The notes beneath the pieces are model-generated. The model had not been told where the DNA came from, searched no databases, and saw only the letters and a program-made list of their open reading frames with translations. DNA of 42,051 nt, taken from contig NW_021835197.1 of NCBI RefSeq assembly GCF_006345805.1, positions 1 through 42,051 of the forward strand, in the 5' to 3' direction. Within the stretch, counting starts at the first letter, position 1. Each line of letters starts with the position of its first letter. Both the position numbers and the translations under genes were made by a program. This document shows positions 37,436-42,051 of the stretch, piece after piece. Source of the DNA: Octopus sinensis. Taxonomy: Eukaryota.

Positions 37436-37929
37436 GTAACATCGACATCAAACGCACCATCCACTTTAACACTAATATTGTTTCACTTGTTATTTTTGCT
37501 ATTATCCTCTTACTAATGTCAACAGCATCATCATCATCATCATCATCGTCATCATCATCATCATCATGCAGCTAATGGCAGTCATGGTTGCAGACTAGCG
37601 CTGACAGAGTAGTTAATGGTATTCTGCCATTGATCCAGTATTTGTTGCCATCAATAACTGATTATTTTTCCGCTCAGCCCTTCCCCAGCATCCTTGCTCT
37701 CCTCATTCCCAATCCCGCGTCTCCCATAAAACATACTCTCACTCAACTATTTTAAAAACAATGACAATGCTGTCCTGCTATCTTATAATTAATCCCTTTC
37801 ACTATCCCCTCTTACCGTCTCAGAATTCCCCAAACACCCTACATACCAACCCACCACCAGTACCACCACCACTACCCTCACTTACAGCCCACCAAAGTCG
37901 TCTACAAATTACCCACAATCACTCATACC

Positions 37930-38400
37930 CACCCACAGTCACCCAACAGTCACACATCCATCCTTAGTCTCACAGTCTTACATATCCACCCGTAGTCACC
38001 TCACAGTCTCACACAGCCCACGGTCACCCCATAGTCTCATCTATGGTCACCCAATGGTTTCACACATCCACCCTTAGTCACCCATAATCACCCCACTGTC
38101 TCACACAGCCCACGGTCTCACACATCCCACAGTTACTTTACAGCTTCATCTACAGTCAGCCCACGATCTAACACATCCACCCTTAGTCACTCATAGTCAC
38201 CCCACAGTTTCATACAGCCCACGGTCTCATCTACAGTCCCCCCACGGTCTCACACATCCACCCTTAGTCACTCATAGTCACCCCAAAGTCTCACACAGCC
38301 CACGGTCTCACACATCCACCCTTAGTCACCCATAGTCACCCCACAGTCACATCCAACCTCAGTCACGCACACTCAGTCACCCCACAGTCACTTACATTCA
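37930..38400. repeat. Degenerate C/A-rich minisatellite
   Basis: Recurrent CACATCCACCCTTAGTCAC and CAGCCCACGGTCTC modules. Confidence 0.85.
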
Positions 38401-38414
38401 CCCATGGCAGTCCA

Positions 38415-38630
38415 CATACATGTGCACCCTTAACATTGTTCTTCAAGAGATTCGACATGACAAAGAATGGGACAAAGCTGACCCTTTGAAATACAGGTAC
38501 TACTCATTTTTGCCAGCTGAGTGGACTGGAGCAATATGAAATGAAGTGTCTTGCTCAAGGACACAATGTACCACCAGGAATTGAACTCACGACCTTACAA
38601 TCATGAGCCGAATGCCCTAACCACTAAGCC
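38415..38630 (-). mobile_element. SINE family C
   Basis: Homologous to 24520-24782. Confidence 0.85.
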
Positions 38631-38709
38631 TTGGAACATCACTACAACCTGCATTAACTCACAATCACAATCATCGCAGATGCTCCATCCATGATCATCA
38701 TAGCTTATT

Positions 38710-39150
38710 TTCATCATCATCATCATCATCATCATTTAGCCTCTGTTTTCCATGCTGGCATGGGTTGGATAGTTTGACTAAAACTGGTAAGTTGGAGGGC
38801 TGCACCAGGTTCCAATCTGAATTGGCATGGTTATGGTTTCTATGACTGGACACCCTTCCTAACACCAACCACTCCAAGAGTTTAATGAGTGCTTTTTGCG
38901 TGCCACCAGCATGAGTGCCAGTTACGTGACACTGATATTGGCCACGACTATAATTGCACTTGGCTTGATGAGTCTTCTCGAGCATGACATATCACCAAAG
39001 ATCTCGGCCGCTTATTATTGCACTATGAGGTCCAATATTCGAAGGGTGCTTTTTATGTGCCACCAGCATGGGTGCCAGTTATGTGAACTGGCATTGGCCC
39101 AACTACAATTTCACTTGGCTTGATGGGTGTTCTCAAGAACAGCATATGGC
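38710..39150 (-). mobile_element. Family E retroposon, diverged, with a ~156-bp internal duplication
   Basis: (CAT)n tail; TGCCACCAGCATG...CACTTGGCTTGATG occurs twice. Confidence 0.8.
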
Positions 39151-39429
39151 CAAAGCTCTCTGTCAGTTATCATTTCAAGAGGATCATATTATTAAAGGTG
39201 CCATTTCCCTGACAGAGCCAAGTCTAAATTGAAGGTGTTTTGGTGACTAATTCTTGTATAGCGGGTGACTATGTATGGGGCTGTCCTCTCAGTGTGAGTG
39301 TATGCATTATATATACATAGACACAGCATGTAGATATATATTATATGGACAGGCACGACATGTAGATGTTTATTACATGTACACAGAGAGAGTGAGTAGA
39401 TACTTATTATTTACATATGCAGATATAGT

Positions 39430-40290
39430 GTATGAATGTTTGACTGGATTGACAGTCACAGTGTGTAGATGTTGACAGAATAGACAGACACACTATATCA
39501 GTGCTTTTCAAACTTTTTGCTGGAGCGGAACCCCAAGGAAACATTCCACTGGCTCGAGGAACCCCTGTGCAATAATTTAATAGTCTTATGCACACATATC
39601 TGCACAGGAGACTTAAAAATTACTGCCGATTTTAGCAGTTTTGTAACTTCTTGCAGAACCCCTGCACTGTACTGGCGGAACCCTAAGGTTCCGCGGAACC
39701 CTGGTTGAAAACCACTACACTGGATGTTGACTGGATGCTGCATGTTGATGTTGACAGGATAGACAGACACCCTATATGGATGTTGACTGGATATGGCATG
39801 TAAATGTTGACTTGGTGGGTTGACACTGTGTAGAAGTAGCGTGTAGAGACAGATTCAGTGTGTAGATGTTGACTGGATAGACAGACTGTGTGTAGATGTT
39901 GACTGGATATATAAACATCAGGTGTACATATTGACTTTGTCGATAGAGTGTATAAACAGACACAGTAATTAGATGTTGACTGGATAGATAGACACATTGT
40001 GTAGATGTTGACTGGGTATATAAACAGTGTTAGATGTTGGCTTGATAGATAGACTCAGTGTACAAGTAGAGTGTATTAGATACTGTTTATAGATGTTGAC
40101 TGTATAAACAAACAATGTGTGTAGATGTTGACTGGATTGACAGACACATTGCATAGATGTCAACTGGACAGGCCGTCAATGTGCGTAGATGTTGATTAGA
40201 CAGACACCATGTGTAGATGTTGGCTGAATATATGAACACTGTGTAGAAGTATGATGTATAGACAGTCACGGTGTGTAGATTCTGTCTAAA
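39430..40290. repeat. Degenerate ~30-bp minisatellite GTGTAGATGTTGACTGGATAGACAGAC
   Basis: Motif recurs many times; interrupted by the hAT MITE. Confidence 0.88.
39499..39717. mobile_element. hAT MITE, uninterrupted inverted copy of 207-671
   Basis: High identity to the reverse complement of 207-227 plus 475-671; degenerate 8-bp TSD CACTATAT/CACTGGAT. Confidence 0.9.
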
Positions 40291-40787
40291 CAGAAACATT
40301 GATTTCATCCATAAAGCACAATTACAACCAATGAAGACCAATTTCTGGCAGTCTTGTAGCAGACAAGAGGGGGGGAAGGGGGAATAATAAAGAAGTTCCA
40401 GAAAAAAAATTATTTAGTTTTGGTCTGCCTTCTTTAAACTGCAGCATAGGTGATACGAATCAATATATTACATAAGCATACATATATAAATGTAAACATT
40501 CATATGTATATATATATACATAATTATATATTATATATATTATATATAGATATATATATAATATATATATTATATATATATATATATATATGTATGTATT
40601 TATGTATATATATATATATATTACATATATAATATATATATAAGTATGTCATGTAATTGATTACAAATCAATGTTCAATATACATTCATGTTATACATAC
40701 TTATGATGCGTGTGCATGTGTGTGTGTGTGTATATAAGTTTGGTGATGCAATCATGAGAAAATAGAACAAAATATGAGAATATATTG

Positions 40788-40832
<45 letters not shown>

Positions 40833-40837
40833 TATAC

Positions 40838-40938
<101 letters not shown>

Positions 40939-40960
40939 TTAATATATATATTATTACATA

Positions 40961-40997
<37 letters not shown>

Positions 40998-41249
40998 ATA
41001 TATATTATATATATTGTTATTGATATATATATATTGTTATTGATATTTAGCAGAAGCAACAGTGACACAAGGGCCAAGAGTTTCGTGTGTTGGGTGCACT
41101 TATCGAAAGTTTGATAAATATTAGTGTGTGTGTGTGTGTACGTGTGTGTGTTTGTGTGTGTCTGTGTGTCCATGCATTTATTTCTGTGGCAATTTTTTTC
41201 CTGCTTGCATAGGCTGCATAACTGCATTACTGAGGTATTACTTTACAGT

Positions 41250-41510
41250 GGAGGCATGTAGCTTAGTGGTTAAGGGTGTTGGACTCATGATCGTAAGATT
41301 GTGGTTTTGATTCCTGGACTGGGCAACACATTGTGTCCTTGAGCAAAACACTTCATTTCATGTTGCTCCAGTCCACTCAGCTGGCGAAAGTGGGTAATCC
41401 TGCGATGGATTGACGTCCCATCCAGGTGGGGAATATATACGCCACGAAACCAGGAAACTGGCCCCTATGAGTCAGCATGATAAGAGAAGGTAAATTTACC
41501 TTTGAGGAAG
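41250..41510 (+). mobile_element. SINE family C-like
   Basis: GGAGGCATGTAGCTTAGTGGTTAAGG head and TTGAGCAAAACACTTCATTTCA core. Confidence 0.8.
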
Positions 41511-41640
41511 GTATTACTTTATATCCAGGTGCCTTTCTTTTCACTGAGCTTCACATGTTTTTCAAATAAGGGCTCCTTTATTTCACACACCTTCAAATAT
41601 ACAGACACACGCATGCACACACACACACACACACACACAT

Positions 41641-42051
41641 GTACATCATCATCATCATCATCATCGTTTAACGTCCGCTTTCCATGCTAGCATGGGTTGG
41701 ACGGTTCGACTGGGGTCTGGGAAGCCAGGAGGCTGCACCAGGCTCCAGTCTGATCTGGCAGTGTTTCTACAACTGGATGCCCTTCCTAATGCTGACCACT
41801 CCAAGAATGTAGTGGGTGCTTCTTTTTACATGCCACTGGCACAGAGGCCAGAGGGGTTTGGCAACGACCATGATTGGTTGGTGCTTTTTACATACCACCA
41901 GCACGGAAGCCAGTCAAGGCAGCGCTGGCATTGTCCACATTTGGATGGTGCTTTTTGCATGCCACTGACATGGGGATCACAACTACAATTTCCATTTGAT
42001 TTTGATTTTGATGTAATTAACTCAATAGGTCTCCTCAAGCACAGCATATCA
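41641..42051 (-). mobile_element. Family E retroposon running off the window end
   Basis: (CAT)n tail; three diverged internal units 62-67 bp apart. Confidence 0.9.

Overview
AT-rich, microsatellite-saturated animal DNA, most likely Octopus (coleoid cephalopod), judged from the tRNA-derived SINE families and the (TA)n/(TAGA)n/(CAT)n/(TAA)n load. It reads as intronic or intergenic: no complete, recognisable protein-coding gene was found, and nearly all ORFs in the supplied track are translations of microsatellites, tandem arrays or SINEs. The window holds at least five SINE-like families, two degenerate RTE-clade LINE 3' fragments, hAT, Tigger-like, piggyBac-like and Kolobok-like MITEs, two non-autonomous Helitrons, several long palindromes and minisatellites, and three weak candidate exons. 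The best candidate for an under-described system is a ~205-bp element lying in (TA)n tracts (4 copies plus a diverged relative) that carries a minimal hammerhead-ribozyme-like motif with a palindromic stem III and a compensatory base change in stem I, resembling the minimal hammerheads of Penelope-like elements. All alignments were made by eye; repeat boundaries are approximate unless a TSD or TIR is cited; family labels A-E are my own.
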